Positions 40,642-50,561 of a stretch of 64,000 nt of DNA are shown here, in pieces. The stretch is from an uncultured Acutalibacter sp. (GTDB lineage: Bacteria; Bacillota; Clostridia; Oscillospirales; Acutalibacteraceae), in the NCBI GenBank assembly GCA_964577585.1, contig CAZNZS010000003.1, positions 677-64,676 of the forward strand, given 5' to 3'. The notes under the pieces are model-generated. The model searched no databases. It saw only the letters and a list, made by a program, of their open reading frames with translations, and had not been told where the DNA came from. Made by a program: the position numbers and the translations under genes. Each line of letters opens with the position of its first letter. Positions within the stretch are counted from its first letter, which is position 1.

Positions 40642-40797
40642 AAAGCGAAACGGTGCCCCGGCGGTTTTCGCCGCAAATTTGGCGCCGGTAAACACTTTCG
40701 TGAAAATCTATTATAGGAGTTTAGGCGGCTTTTTTCAACTGTTTTTTCTGTTGCCGCCCCCTCTCCTCATGTTTGAAGGGTAAAAAGAAGGGAGATA

Positions 40798-41883
40798 ATG
40801 AGTATGAAGCAGTATCGCGTGGGAGTAGTGGGATGCACCGGCATGGTCGGTCAGCGTTTTGCCACTCTTTTGGAAAATCATCCCTGGTTTCAAGTGACGG
40901 CGCTGGCCGCCAGCTCCAATTCTGCCGGGAAAACCTATGCCGAGGCCGTAGAAGGCCGCTGGGCAATGTCTACCCCGGTTCCCGCCGGAATGGCAAAACT
41001 TCCCGTCTATGATGCGATAAAAGACATTGATAAAATCGTTTCTCTGGTCGATTTCGTGTTTTGCGCCGTAAATATGAAGTCTGAAGAGATCATGGCCATG
41101 GAAGAGGCCTATGCCAAAAAGGAATGCCCCGTGATCTCCAACAACAAGCAGCATCGTGGTGTTCCGGATGTTCCGATGATTGTTCCCGAATTGAACGCGG
41201 ATCATGCCGCGGTCATTGAGACTCAGCGCAAGCGCCTCGGCACAAAGAAAGGCTTCATTGCCGTAAAGAGCAATTGCTCGCTCCAGAGCTATGTGCCTGC
41301 GATCCATCCCTTATTGGACCTGGGCGTCACCAAGGTCCTGGCTTGCACCTATCAGGCCATTTCCGGGGCCGGAAAGATCTTTGAAACCATGCCGGAAATC
41401 ATTGACAATGTGATTCCCTATATCGGCGGCGAGGAAGAAAAATCCGAACAGGAGCCTATGAAGATCTGGGGCAAGGTGGAAAACGGCGTGATCATCAATG
41501 CGCAGAAGCCTTCCATTACTTCTCAATGTCTGCGTGTGCCCGTGTCTGACGGCCATATGGCGGCCGTGTTCTTCTCCATGGAACAGAAGGCTTCAAAAGA
41601 AGAAATCATTCACAGATGGAACACCTTCAGAGGCCCTGCCCAGGAGCTGGAGCTTCCCAGCGCTCCAAAACAGTTCCTTCACTATTTTGAGGAAGATAAC
41701 CGTCCTCAGACAAAGCTGGACAGAAATCTGGAAGGCGGCATGGCTGTTTCCATCGGTCGCCTCCGCCCCGACACACAGTACGATTATAAATTCGTCTGCC
41801 TGTCCCATAACACGCTGCGCGGCGCTGCCGGCGGCGGTGTGCTGATGGCGGAGCTGCTGTGCAAATTGGGTTATTTGGATTAA
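40798..41883 (+). CDS. asd: Aspartate-semialdehyde dehydrogenase
   Basis: GCTGMVGQRF, KSNCS, YQAISGAG, RVPVSDGH, HNTLRGAAGG motifs. Confidence 0.95.
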   Translation: MSMKQYRVGVVGCTGMVGQRFATLLENHPWFQVTALAASSNSAGKTYAEAVEGRWAMSTPVPAGMAKLPVYDAIKDIDKIVSLVDFVFCAVNMKSEEIMAMEEAYAKKECPVISNNKQHRGVPDVPMIVPELNADHAAVIETQRKRLGTKKGFIAVKSNCSLQSYVPAIHPLLDLGVTKVLACTYQAISGAGKIFETMPEIIDNVIPYIGGEEEKSEQEPMKIWGKVENGVIINAQKPSITSQCLRVPVSDGHMAAVFFSMEQKASKEEIIHRWNTFRGPAQELELPSAPKQFLHYFEEDNRPQTKLDRNLEGGMAVSIGRLRPDTQYDYKFVCLSHNTLRGAAGGGVLMAELLCKLGYLD

Positions 41884-41907
41884 ACCGTTTCAGGAGGCTT
41901 TTCATTG

Positions 41908-42798
41908 ATGAAAAACGTGCTTTTTATCGGCGCGGGTACAGCGCTGGTCACACCCTTTGATCGGGAAGGCAATATTCTTTGGGATGAGCTGGAGCGCCTT
42001 GTCGAGTTCCAGATAAACGGCGGCATTGATGCCATTATCGCCTGCGGAACTACCGGTGAGGCCGCCACGATGACGGCGGAGGAGCACCTGAAAACCATTG
42101 AATTTATCGTGGAAAAGGTTCACGGCCGTGTACCGGTGATCGCCGGTACAGGCAGCAATGATACACGTTTTTGTGTGGAATTATCTCTGGAAGCAAAAAA
42201 GGTCGGAGCTGACGGTCTCCTTCTTGTCACTCCCTATTACAATAAAACCTCACAAAAGGGGCTGGAAGAAAGCTTCGGCTTTATTGCCGACAGCGTAAAG
42301 ATGCCCTGCATCCTTTATAATGTTCCCTCCCGTACAGGATGCAATATTCAGCCTACTACCTATCAAAAGCTTTCTAAAAATCCTTATATTGTGGCGGTAA
42401 AGGAAGCAAACGGTGACACCGCCTCTGTTGCCCGCACCCTTGCGATGTGCGGAGATGATCTCGCCGTCTATTCCGGTGAGGATAACCAGACTCTTCCCAT
42501 CATGGCCCTGGGTGGAAAGGGCGTTATTTCCGTGTTTTCCAATGCCCTTCCAAAACAGATGCATGAGCTCACCTCCGCCATGCTGAACGGAGATCTGGAA
42601 ACAGCCCGCAGGCTGAACGTTGACTATATCGACTTGATGGACGGCTTCTTCATGGATGTAAACCCCATCCCCATCAAGGAAGCACTGTTCCGCATGGGTA
42701 TGATCAGCACGAACTTCTGCCGCATGCCGCTGACGACCATGACGGAAACCAATATGGAAAAAATGGACGCTCTTCTCAAAAAATACGCTTTGCTTTAA
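41908..42798 (+). CDS. dapA: 4-hydroxy-tetrahydrodipicolinate synthase
   Basis: GTTGEAAT, TPYYNK, LYNVPSRTG, AVKEA motifs. Confidence 0.96.
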   Translation: MKNVLFIGAGTALVTPFDREGNILWDELERLVEFQINGGIDAIIACGTTGEAATMTAEEHLKTIEFIVEKVHGRVPVIAGTGSNDTRFCVELSLEAKKVGADGLLLVTPYYNKTSQKGLEESFGFIADSVKMPCILYNVPSRTGCNIQPTTYQKLSKNPYIVAVKEANGDTASVARTLAMCGDDLAVYSGEDNQTLPIMALGGKGVISVFSNALPKQMHELTSAMLNGDLETARRLNVDYIDLMDGFFMDVNPIPIKEALFRMGMISTNFCRMPLTTMTETNMEKMDALLKKYALL

Positions 42799-42844
42799 TT
42801 CGGCTGGTAGCACTAGGAAGTGACAAGGAAAGGAACTTTACAGT

Positions 42845-43597
42845 ATGGTAGACGTGATATTGTGCGGATGTGCCGGAAAAATGGGTGCCGCCGTGCAGAA
42901 TGCTGTCGAAGAAAAAAGAGATTGCCGGATCGTGGCCGGAGTTGATGTCAGAAAGCCAGCAAATATTGGGTTTCCTGTATATGATACGCCCCTGGAAGTC
43001 CAGGAACACGCCAATGTAGTGATCGACTTCTCTCACCCGGACGCTCTGGCCTCCATTTTGGAATATTGCCGTCTTCATCCAGGCTGCTCCGCTGTTTTGT
43101 GTACCACAGGGTATAGCCAGGAGCAGGTGGAAACCATTTTGGAAGCGTCAAAAACCCTGCCCATTTTTTATTCTCGAAATATGTCTTTAGGTGTCAATCT
43201 GCTGATTGAATTGTCCAAAAAGGCCGCTGCCGTTTTGGGAGATTCCTTTGACATTGAGATTGTGGAAATGCACCACAATCAAAAGCTGGACGCCCCCAGC
43301 GGAACGGCGCTGATGATCGCTGATGCGGTCAACGAGGTGCGCCAAAATGAAATGAAATATGTGTATGACCGCCATTCTCAGCGAAAGAAACGAGAAAAAA
43401 GCGAGATTGGGATCCATTCTGTCCGCGGCGGTACCATTGTGGGCGAGCATCAGGTGATTTTTTCCGGCCTTCACGAAGTGCTTACTCTCTCCCATTCGGC
43501 TCAGTCAAAAGAGCTTTTTGCCACGGGAGCAGTGCAGGCTGCCGTTTTTATGAACCGCCAAAAACCCGGGATGTATGATATGTCCCATTTGATTTAA
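42845..43597 (+). CDS. dapB: 4-hydroxy-tetrahydrodipicolinate reductase
   Basis: GCAGKMG, IDFSHP, EMHHNQKLDAPSGTA, RGGTIVGEH motifs. Confidence 0.96.
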   Translation: MVDVILCGCAGKMGAAVQNAVEEKRDCRIVAGVDVRKPANIGFPVYDTPLEVQEHANVVIDFSHPDALASILEYCRLHPGCSAVLCTTGYSQEQVETILEASKTLPIFYSRNMSLGVNLLIELSKKAAAVLGDSFDIEIVEMHHNQKLDAPSGTALMIADAVNEVRQNEMKYVYDRHSQRKKREKSEIGIHSVRGGTIVGEHQVIFSGLHEVLTLSHSAQSKELFATGAVQAAVFMNRQKPGMYDMSHLI

Positions 43598-43608
43598 GGA
43601 GAGAAAAA

Positions 43609-44067
43609 ATGAGCGCTACTACTGTTATCAGCACCGTTGACAACATAACCCTTGTTACATTGCAAGGGTTTCCTGCCAATGCGGAGTCTATTGCAAAAAT
43701 TTTTGATGCTATTTCCAATTACAAGATCAATATTGACATGATCTCCATGGCCCCTACCCATGGAGCCCTTACCGGCTTGTCCTTCACCATTTCCGATAAC
43801 GATTTGATTGAGATCCTGTCCTTCATTTCAAACCTGAAAAAGGAAAGCAAGGTAAATGTGATCGTCAGCAGCGTAAACCATAAAATTTCCATTTATGACC
43901 CTGTCATGAAAAACACTCCCGGTATCGCCGCCAAGGTCTTCCATGCTATCCGGGAAACGGATGCGGATATCCGCCTGATCACCACTTCGGAAGTTGAGAT
44001 TTCCCTTCTGGTCACGGAAGCGGACTTTGATACGGTTTACCACGTGATCCAAAAGGCTATGGCCTGA
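43609..44067 (+). CDS. Stand-alone tandem ACT domain protein (aspartokinase regulatory-domain-like)
   Basis: INIDMIS, KISI...MKNTPGIAAKVF..I, IRLITTSEVEISLLV resemble the LysC C-terminus. Confidence 0.8.
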   Translation: MSATTVISTVDNITLVTLQGFPANAESIAKIFDAISNYKINIDMISMAPTHGALTGLSFTISDNDLIEILSFISNLKKESKVNVIVSSVNHKISIYDPVMKNTPGIAAKVFHAIRETDADIRLITTSEVEISLLVTEADFDTVYHVIQKAMA

Positions 44068-44092
44068 TAATTGACCGATATTTAAAAGACGG

Positions 44093-44120
44093 AACCCCCC
44101 GGCTTCTTGCCGGGGGGGTT
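44093..44120. terminator. Terminator after the dap operon
   Basis: aaccccccggc-ttctt-gccgggggggtt hairpin. Confidence 0.7.
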
Positions 44121-46731
44121 ATGCTGTCGGAAACATTCGAATCAAAACCGGCGCCAGATAGATCACAAGGATCAAAACAGAAAAGACAAAAAGGAACAGT
44201 GGCCAGGCAATTTTGTTCCACACTCTTCCCCCTTTCCCCTCTTTTCGCTTCAAAAACAGGAACAGCGCCAAAACAAGTCCAAGCCCGGATAGTGTGATCC
44301 CTGTTTTCAGCCCCGGGGGGAAATAACTGATCCCAATATGATTTTCACCTTTTTCCAAAGGAATCTCCAAAAAGCAGTTTAAAACCTTTTTGCATTCGCA
44401 GGCTTTTCCATTTACGGATATTTTGATCCCCGGGTCATATGGGATCGACAAAAATAGGCTCTCATCCTGAAATTCCGTGATTGCTTCCCCATAAATCCCG
44501 TTCTTCTCCTTATGAAGTTCCGCGCATTTCCCCAAAGCTTCCACAAAAGCTTTGCTTTTCCGCGATTTCAAACCGAAAACTCCGAAAGAACGCAACTCCA
44601 CATCCTTTTTCAGCCTTATTGTAACAATTACATCTTCCTTTTCAAAATTTCCCAGCTTCAATATGCCGTTGCAGCCTTGGCAGGGGTACTCTTTTTCGAG
44701 GATGCTGCCGTTGACAGTCACCTGGAAGGCCCCGTTTATTTTTTCCTTCAGCCGACTGCTGTTTTCGTAAAATGCGTCAAAATAGAGCGTTTCCGGATCC
44801 GAAACTTCAATTTTATAGCTTATTTCCGCATCTTCTCCCTGTACCTTCAAAAAAGTCCGTTCACCTTTCCGGCGAAGAAAAACATGCTCAAATTTCGGAG
44901 CATAAGGCAAAAACGCATCTTCCATGTCTGATATGCCGGAAGCCTGTAAAACCCGACGATACAGATCGTTTTGAAGCGCAAAACGGTTTCCCCCTCCCAC
45001 CTTTTCCGGTAGCATGCCGGTGGGCAAAATGATCCCTAAATCGCCTCCGTCGATCCTCTTCAAACGCAAATTTTTATTAAACAAATATTTGTTCGAAAGA
45101 AGAATATCAGTTAACTCTGTGCCGCAACAGCCTGAGGTCTCCATCCAGTAAGAGCTGTACCCCAGTTCCTTTATGCTGTAAAGGTAGTCTCTGTCTGTCA
45201 AAGAGGTATAGTGGTTTAATGTGCAAAAGCCCGCGGCGCCGATCAGGTTTACATCACAAAACTTGCTTTCCTGCTTTACCCTGTAAAAGCCTGAGTCGGG
45301 AATACTTCCATCCGCCCGGAGCACCGCTTTTCCGGTTCCGGGAAAATTGGTGGAGGAGCCAATGAAAACGGCGCACGCATAGCCGCCCTGTATCAGGCAA
45401 AGGGTGATGAGGACGGCGGAAAGCCGCTGCCTGCTGAGCTTCTTCTTTCTCCAAAAGAGCACTGCCAACCACAGGGCAATGCCACATCCGCTCACAACGG
45501 ACAGTAAAGCCCAAAAGCCATCCCTGTTCACCCATAAAGACCTGGTGTAGTTTGTGATCTTCTCAAACCGAAAGAGCAAAAGTCCTGCGCTCAAAATCAG
45601 CGGCAAAAGCGACGCCAGAACCACCGTGGTGGAATGCGCACGGGAAGAAGTTCTTTCGTTCCCGCTCTCCTGAAGACAATCTGCCATATACCAGAGGATC
45701 AGAAGCACCGGAATATATCCGTATCTGACAGGAAAAGCCTGATAGCTTCCTGTGTGCCACATGCGGTTGATCGGTTCTATAACCATCGGGATCAAAAACA
45801 GGCAGATCGTCCATAACAGTGCCCTTCGTTTGGCCGTTACGGAAAAAAGCGGGACAAACAGCGGGAATACCACGATGCCGGCCGTGCAGAGCAAAATCGG
45901 TAAAACAGTATAAAGATTGGTAAAAAGGCTTCCACTTGCCTGAAAAACCGAATCTCCGGTCCTTGCAGAGCGCAGGCACTCCAAAAGAGAGGGAAGCCAT
46001 ACAAACGCGGTAATTAGAAGCGAGCATACCGTACAAGATCCCAGCTTTCCGGTCGCCACTCCCCTGTCTTTCTTATCGACCAGATAGAGTAAGAAAAATA
46101 GGGAGAGGAACACAAGCGCCAGCAGAGCCATATAACTTAGATAGTAATTGACGATGATTATGAGAGACAGAGCTGCGGTAAAAAGAGCTCCACGCTTTTC
46201 GAAAAGGACCTGCAGCAGCCCCACCATCAGAATGGGAAACAGCAGTTGAACGTCAAGCCAGACGATATTTTGATAATATAGCATGCCGTATCCGCACAAG
46301 GCGTAAGAAACCGAAAAGAACAGCACAAATGGATCCTTGAGCTTTGGCGCAGACTTTTTGAAAAAATAAGCCGCCGTCAAAGCCGCAAGAGAAAGCTTCA
46401 GGAGCACCAGAACATTTACAAGCTCGTAAATATTCTCTTTGGGAATAAATGCTACCAGAAAACTAAATGGGCTGGAAAGAAAGAAAAAGAATACGCCCCA
46501 GAAATTCATGCCGCCCGCGTTCTGGAAATTCCAAAGCAGGCCGGACTTTCCTTCAAGGATATCTTTCCATTCCGCCATCAGCGGTATTACCTGTTGTTTC
46601 ATATCTCCCCAGGCCAAAGTATTTTTTCCAAAGGGGAAAAGTCCAAACGCCAGGAAAGACAGGGAAAGAACAGCAAAAGCGGTCAAAAACGATGACCAAT
46701 ATGGGAACAAAGCGCTGCATTTCTGTTTCAT
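44119..46731 (-). CDS. YfhO family membrane protein (start uncertain)
   Basis: GDMKQQ..P, GGMNFW, YLSSPFS, WLDV, INYYLSYM motifs; many TM segments. Confidence 0.85.
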   Translation of the reverse strand: MKQKCSALFPYWSSFLTAFAVLSLSFLAFGLFPFGKNTLAWGDMKQQVIPLMAEWKDILEGKSGLLWNFQNAGGMNFWGVFFFFLSSPFSFLVAFIPKENIYELVNVLVLLKLSLAALTAAYFFKKSAPKLKDPFVLFFSVSYALCGYGMLYYQNIVWLDVQLLFPILMVGLLQVLFEKRGALFTAALSLIIIVNYYLSYMALLALVFLSLFFLLYLVDKKDRGVATGKLGSCTVCSLLITAFVWLPSLLECLRSARTGDSVFQASGSLFTNLYTVLPILLCTAGIVVFPLFVPLFSVTAKRRALLWTICLFLIPMVIEPINRMWHTGSYQAFPVRYGYIPVLLILWYMADCLQESGNERTSSRAHSTTVVLASLLPLILSAGLLLFRFEKITNYTRSLWVNRDGFWALLSVVSGCGIALWLAVLFWRKKKLSRQRLSAVLITLCLIQGGYACAVFIGSSTNFPGTGKAVLRADGSIPDSGFYRVKQESKFCDVNLIGAAGFCTLNHYTSLTDRDYLYSIKELGYSSYWMETSGCCGTELTDILLSNKYLFNKNLRLKRIDGGDLGIILPTGMLPEKVGGGNRFALQNDLYRRVLQASGISDMEDAFLPYAPKFEHVFLRRKGERTFLKVQGEDAEISYKIEVSDPETLYFDAFYENSSRLKEKINGAFQVTVNGSILEKEYPCQGCNGILKLGNFEKEDVIVTIRLKKDVELRSFGVFGLKSRKSKAFVEALGKCAELHKEKNGIYGEAITEFQDESLFLSIPYDPGIKISVNGKACECKKVLNCFLEIPLEKGENHIGISYFPPGLKTGITLSGLGLVLALFLFLKRKEGKGGRVWNKIAWPLFLFVFSVLILVIYLAPVLIRMFPTA

Positions 46732-46828
46732 GAGAACAGTATTGGCAGGAAAAGCAGCGTTTAATCCAAGAGAAAAGACGTCATATCTTCCTTTGCGGAA
46801 GCTACGGCTTTGTCTGTTTCTTAAAAGC

Positions 46829-46862
46829 AAAAGACCCGCCTCCTTCCTGAAAGAGACGGGTC
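46829..46862 (-). terminator. Terminator after tyrS
   Basis: gacccgtctc...gaggcgggtc-tttt on the minus strand. Confidence 0.75.
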
Positions 46863-46868
46863 AGATCG

Positions 46869-48092
46869 TTATTTCATAACAATTTTGTGGAAGATTTTTT
46901 TGCCCTTCTTTATGACAATTTCATTTACAAAATCGTTTTTCGAAAACTCTTTTGCGGCATCCGTTATCCTTTCATCGTTTACGGAAATGCCGCCCTGCTG
47001 TACCAGCCTGCGTCCTTCGCCCTTGGACTGTATCAATCCGGTCTTCATCATTAAATCGAGCAGCCCAATCTTTCCTTCTGTCAAATCGTCCTTGGAAAGC
47101 TCCGTGGTCGGCATGTTTTCTGTACTTCTGCCCGCGCTGAATAAGGCTTTGGCGCCTTCCTGCGCCTTTCTTGCCTCTTCCTCACCGTGAACCATTTTGG
47201 TAAGCTCAAAAGCCAGGATCTCCTTTGCTTCGTTCAGCCTTTCCCCTTCCCAGTGATCCATTTCATTGATCTGTTCCAGTGGAAGGAAGGTCAGCATACG
47301 CAGGAACTTAAGCACATCGGCGTCGTACACATTGCGCCAATACTGGAAGAAATCAAAGGGAGGGGTCTTGTTCGGGTCAAGCCAAATGGCGTTTCCGGCG
47401 GTTTTCCCCATCTTTTTGCCGTCTTTGTCCGTCAGCAGTGTGATAGTCATGGCATGGGCGTCCTTCCCCAGTTTCCGGCGAATCAGCTCTGTGCCGCCCA
47501 GCATATTGGACCACTGGTCGTCTCCGCCAAACTGCATATTGCAGCCGTATGCCTGAAACAGGTGGTAAAAGTCATAGCTCTGCATAATCATATAGTTGAA
47601 TTCCAGGAAGGAAAGCCCCTTCTCCATGCGCTGCTTGTAGCATTCCGCGCGAAGCATATTGTTGACGGAGAAGCAGGCGCCGACCTCGCGGAGCAGCTCG
47701 ACGTAGTTCAGGCCCAGCAGCCAGTCGGCATTATTTACCATCAGTGCCTTGTTGTCTCCGAATTCGATAAAGCTTTCCATCTGGCGTTTGAAGCATTCGG
47801 CATTGTGGTCAATATCTTCCCGTGTCAGCATTTTGCGCATATCTGTACGTCCGGAGGGATCTCCTATCATTGTAGTTCCCCCACCGATTAGAGCAATGGG
47901 GCGATTTCCTGCCATTTGCAGACGTTTCATAAGCGTTAAAGCCATGAAATGTCCAGCGGTCAAGCTGTCGGCAGTGCAGTCAAAGCCGATATAAAAGACA
48001 GCTTTTCCCGCATTGATCATTGCTCTGATCTCTTCTTCATTGGTAACCTGGGCAATCAGCCCCCTGGCTTGCAGTTCCTCATAAATTTCCAT
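46869..48092 (-). CDS. tyrS: Tyrosine--tRNA ligase
   Basis: YIGFDCTADSLTAGH, FNYMIMQSYDF, GGDDQW, KMGKT motifs; C-terminal S4 domain. Confidence 0.96.
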   Translation of the reverse strand: MEIYEELQARGLIAQVTNEEEIRAMINAGKAVFYIGFDCTADSLTAGHFMALTLMKRLQMAGNRPIALIGGGTTMIGDPSGRTDMRKMLTREDIDHNAECFKRQMESFIEFGDNKALMVNNADWLLGLNYVELLREVGACFSVNNMLRAECYKQRMEKGLSFLEFNYMIMQSYDFYHLFQAYGCNMQFGGDDQWSNMLGGTELIRRKLGKDAHAMTITLLTDKDGKKMGKTAGNAIWLDPNKTPPFDFFQYWRNVYDADVLKFLRMLTFLPLEQINEMDHWEGERLNEAKEILAFELTKMVHGEEEARKAQEGAKALFSAGRSTENMPTTELSKDDLTEGKIGLLDLMMKTGLIQSKGEGRRLVQQGGISVNDERITDAAKEFSKNDFVNEIVIKKGKKIFHKIVMK

Positions 48093-48110
48093 ACTATTTT
48101 CCTCTCTTTC

Positions 48111-48578
48111 TCAATTTAAGTGCTTTTCAAAGAAGACAAGATCCATGCCTTCCTTGATATGATCTTCTTTTCCAGTTTGACGGTAACCCAGCTTCTCATA
48201 GAAATGTATGAGCTTCGGTTCCTGTTTGATCGTATCCAGGTTCCAACACTTTGCCTGCGGATACAGTTTTTCCGCTTCTTTAACTGCCTGCTGAGCATAC
48301 CCGTTTCCCTGATATTCCGGCAAAACCGAAATGGTAGATAAACGGTAGGTGTCGTCGGTCTGCTTGACGACCCGAAGAGCACCCACAGATAGTTCTCCTA
48401 ACCGAATTAGATAATTATCGCTGTTCTCCCAGAAAAACCGTTGAAATTTTTCCCAGCTTTCCGCTGCCGGGTTTGTATCATAATCCCGGTATCGCTCCAG
48501 AAGAGGTAAAAAAGCTTTTTTGCGCATCTCAAAAAGCTCTTTTCCGCGTTCTTCTCCCACTTTTTGCAGGGTGATCAC
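48111..48578 (-). CDS. GNAT family N-acetyltransferase
   Basis: Motif A VLPEYQGNGYA and FYEKLGY; GTG start after aggagg RBS. Confidence 0.85.
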   Translation of the reverse strand: MITLQKVGEERGKELFEMRKKAFLPLLERYRDYDTNPAAESWEKFQRFFWENSDNYLIRLGELSVGALRVVKQTDDTYRLSTISVLPEYQGNGYAQQAVKEAEKLYPQAKCWNLDTIKQEPKLIHFYEKLGYRQTGKEDHIKEGMDLVFFEKHLN

Positions 48579-48599
48579 AAAGTAATTCCTCCTTTTGCG

Positions 48600-48866
48600 G
48601 AAACAAAAAGCCCTCCGCACAAAAATGCAGAGGGCGATTCAAAACCGCGGTACCACCTCAGTTTGCCGTAATCTCACAATCACGGCCTCAACGGGCACTT
48701 CATGCCCTGACAGTGTAACGCCTGTCAATCGGCTGTCCCCTACTGTCCGTTCAGGGAAGCGGCTCAGGAGAGTAATTTCAGCAGCTGTTATGGTTCTGCT
48801 TGCACCAACCGCAGACTCTCTGTGCCATCTAAAACAGCGCTTACTTGGCTCCTTCACTGCCTGTAA
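48600..48866 (-). promoter_or_regulatory. T-box riboswitch, Tyr (UAC) specifier
   Basis: T-box AACTGAGGTGGTACCGCG (48646-48663), AGAGA/GGTG Stem I motifs, GAAAT-TAC specifier (48772-48774), terminator 48604-48635. Confidence 0.92.
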
Positions 48867-48871
48867 ATGAT

Positions 48872-48900
48872 ATTATAAGACGGGCATTTTTAAAAGTCAA
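48872..48900 (-). promoter_or_regulatory. sigmaA promoter of the T-box leader
   Basis: TTGACT-17 nt-TATAAT, overlapping the recN stop. Confidence 0.85.
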
Positions 48901-50555
48901 GCATTTTTCAGCATTTCTTCGGCCATTTGCAATTGCAGCTCGGTGATATCCTCTCCGCCGATAATTCGGGCGAGCTCACGCTTTCTGCCCTCAAGGCTTA
49001 AAGGCTCGACCTCGGTATAGGTCCTGTTCTGCTCCACTCGCTTGCTGATCCTCAGATGATGATCAGCCAAAGCGGCGATCTGTGCCAAATGTGTAATACA
49101 CAGGACCTGCCGGTTCCTTGAAACCTCTTTTAGCTTTTGGCCAACCTTATTGGCTGCTTCACCGCTGACACCTGAGTCCACTTCATCAAAAATCAAGGTA
49201 CCCACTTTGTCTTTCCCGGAAAGCACGGTCTTGATGGCAAGCATGATACGTGAAAGTTCTCCACCAGAGGCTATTTTTGATATTGGTTTTGGCGGCTCTC
49301 CCTTATTGGCGGATACAAGGAACTGCAGCTTGTCGCATCCCGAGGAATAAAGGGGAACCCTTTGTATTTCCGCAATAAACTCTACGCCGGGCATATTGAG
49401 AAAGGCAAGCTCCTGCTTTACTTTTTCGGTAAAATCAGCTGCCGCTCTTTTTCTTGTCTGGGATAACTCTTTTGCAAGCCTGATCGACTTTTCTTTCGCC
49501 TGCTCGTACTTTTCTTCAAGCTCTTTCTGCTCTTCATCCGAAAATTCGATCTCGCTGAGCTCCACTTTGGCTTTATCCAGAAATTCCAGCATCTTTTCTT
49601 CCGTATCGCCGTATTTTAAGCTCAGCCGGTGAAGCACATCCAGCCTGTCTTCAATAGCTTCCAACTGTACAGGGTCAAAATCAACGGTTATCCGCTGAAG
49701 GATCGAGTCTACATCCTCTAAAAGATATTCCGCCTCCCTCAGCTTTTGAGCGGGCTCTTCCGCATCCTGGAAAAACGCGCTTGCCTTTTCCAGCTCCGCA
49801 GATGCCTGGGAAACACCGGAAATAAGGCCATCGCTGTTTTCGTCGCCTGCCAGTAATTCCGATACCCGCTGTAGAGAGGCCGCGATCTTTTCGCTGTTTT
49901 TGAATAGATTGCGCTGCTGTGTCAGTTCTTCTCTTTCCCCAGAATGCACATTGGCCTCTTCCAATTCGTTTATCTGATAGCGAAGAAGGTCAACTCTGCG
50001 AGCTTTTTCTCCTTCGTCAATATTGAAAGATTCCAGTTTGCGCTGAAGGTTGCGTAAATCGCTGTAGCTTTTGACATATTGATCCAGCAGGGCTTCATAT
50101 CCGCCGAAGCTATCTACATAGGCAAGGTGGACTTCCGGCGACAAAAGCTCATAGCTTTCATGCTGCCCGTGTATTCCGATCAGTTTGGAACCGATCTCAC
50201 GAAGCATGGAAACAGTGGCCGGCGCACCGTTCAGCTTGCAAACGGAGCGGCCTTCCAGCCTGATGTCCCTTTGAACTAGCAAAGAATCGTCTTCCTCCAA
50301 AGGAACGGACAACTCCTTGAGGCATTCGACTGCTTCCCGATTAAGCCCGGTAAATAAGGCGGAAACCGAAGCGGATTCTGTACCGGTTCGAATAAGCTCT
50401 TTTGAAGTCCGCTCACCCAGCACTGCGTGGATCGCGTCAATGATAATGGATTTTCCGGTGCCTGTCTCGCCTGTCAATACCGTAAAACCGCTGTCAAGGT
50501 CAATGGATGCCTTTTCGATTACCGCGATATTATTGATAAAAAGCTGTGAAAGCAT
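48897..50555 (-). CDS. recN: DNA repair protein RecN
   Basis: GETGTGKS, coiled coil, SGGELSRIML, IFDEVDSGVSG, ITHLAQIA motifs. Confidence 0.96.
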   Translation of the reverse strand: MLSQLFINNIAVIEKASIDLDSGFTVLTGETGTGKSIIIDAIHAVLGERTSKELIRTGTESASVSALFTGLNREAVECLKELSVPLEEDDSLLVQRDIRLEGRSVCKLNGAPATVSMLREIGSKLIGIHGQHESYELLSPEVHLAYVDSFGGYEALLDQYVKSYSDLRNLQRKLESFNIDEGEKARRVDLLRYQINELEEANVHSGEREELTQQRNLFKNSEKIAASLQRVSELLAGDENSDGLISGVSQASAELEKASAFFQDAEEPAQKLREAEYLLEDVDSILQRITVDFDPVQLEAIEDRLDVLHRLSLKYGDTEEKMLEFLDKAKVELSEIEFSDEEQKELEEKYEQAKEKSIRLAKELSQTRKRAAADFTEKVKQELAFLNMPGVEFIAEIQRVPLYSSGCDKLQFLVSANKGEPPKPISKIASGGELSRIMLAIKTVLSGKDKVGTLIFDEVDSGVSGEAANKVGQKLKEVSRNRQVLCITHLAQIAALADHHLRISKRVEQNRTYTEVEPLSLEGRKRELARIIGGEDITELQLQMAEEMLKNA

Positions 50556-50561
50556 AGTTTT

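Noticed and set aside
40645-40797. Lysine (L-box) riboswitch upstream of asd
   Set aside because: No AGAGGUGC-type P1 or other L-box motifs; reported instead as an unexplained structured leader.
9251-47251. Polarized GGGNAGGG (KOPS-like) octamers
   Set aside because: The few I spotted (+ at 9251 and about 26722; - at about 43155 and 47244) fit a terminus near 32 kb, but the manual scan was incomplete and too small to count as evidence.
48595-48870. ORFs of 72-91 aa over the tyrS leader
   Set aside because: Explained by the T-box RNA.
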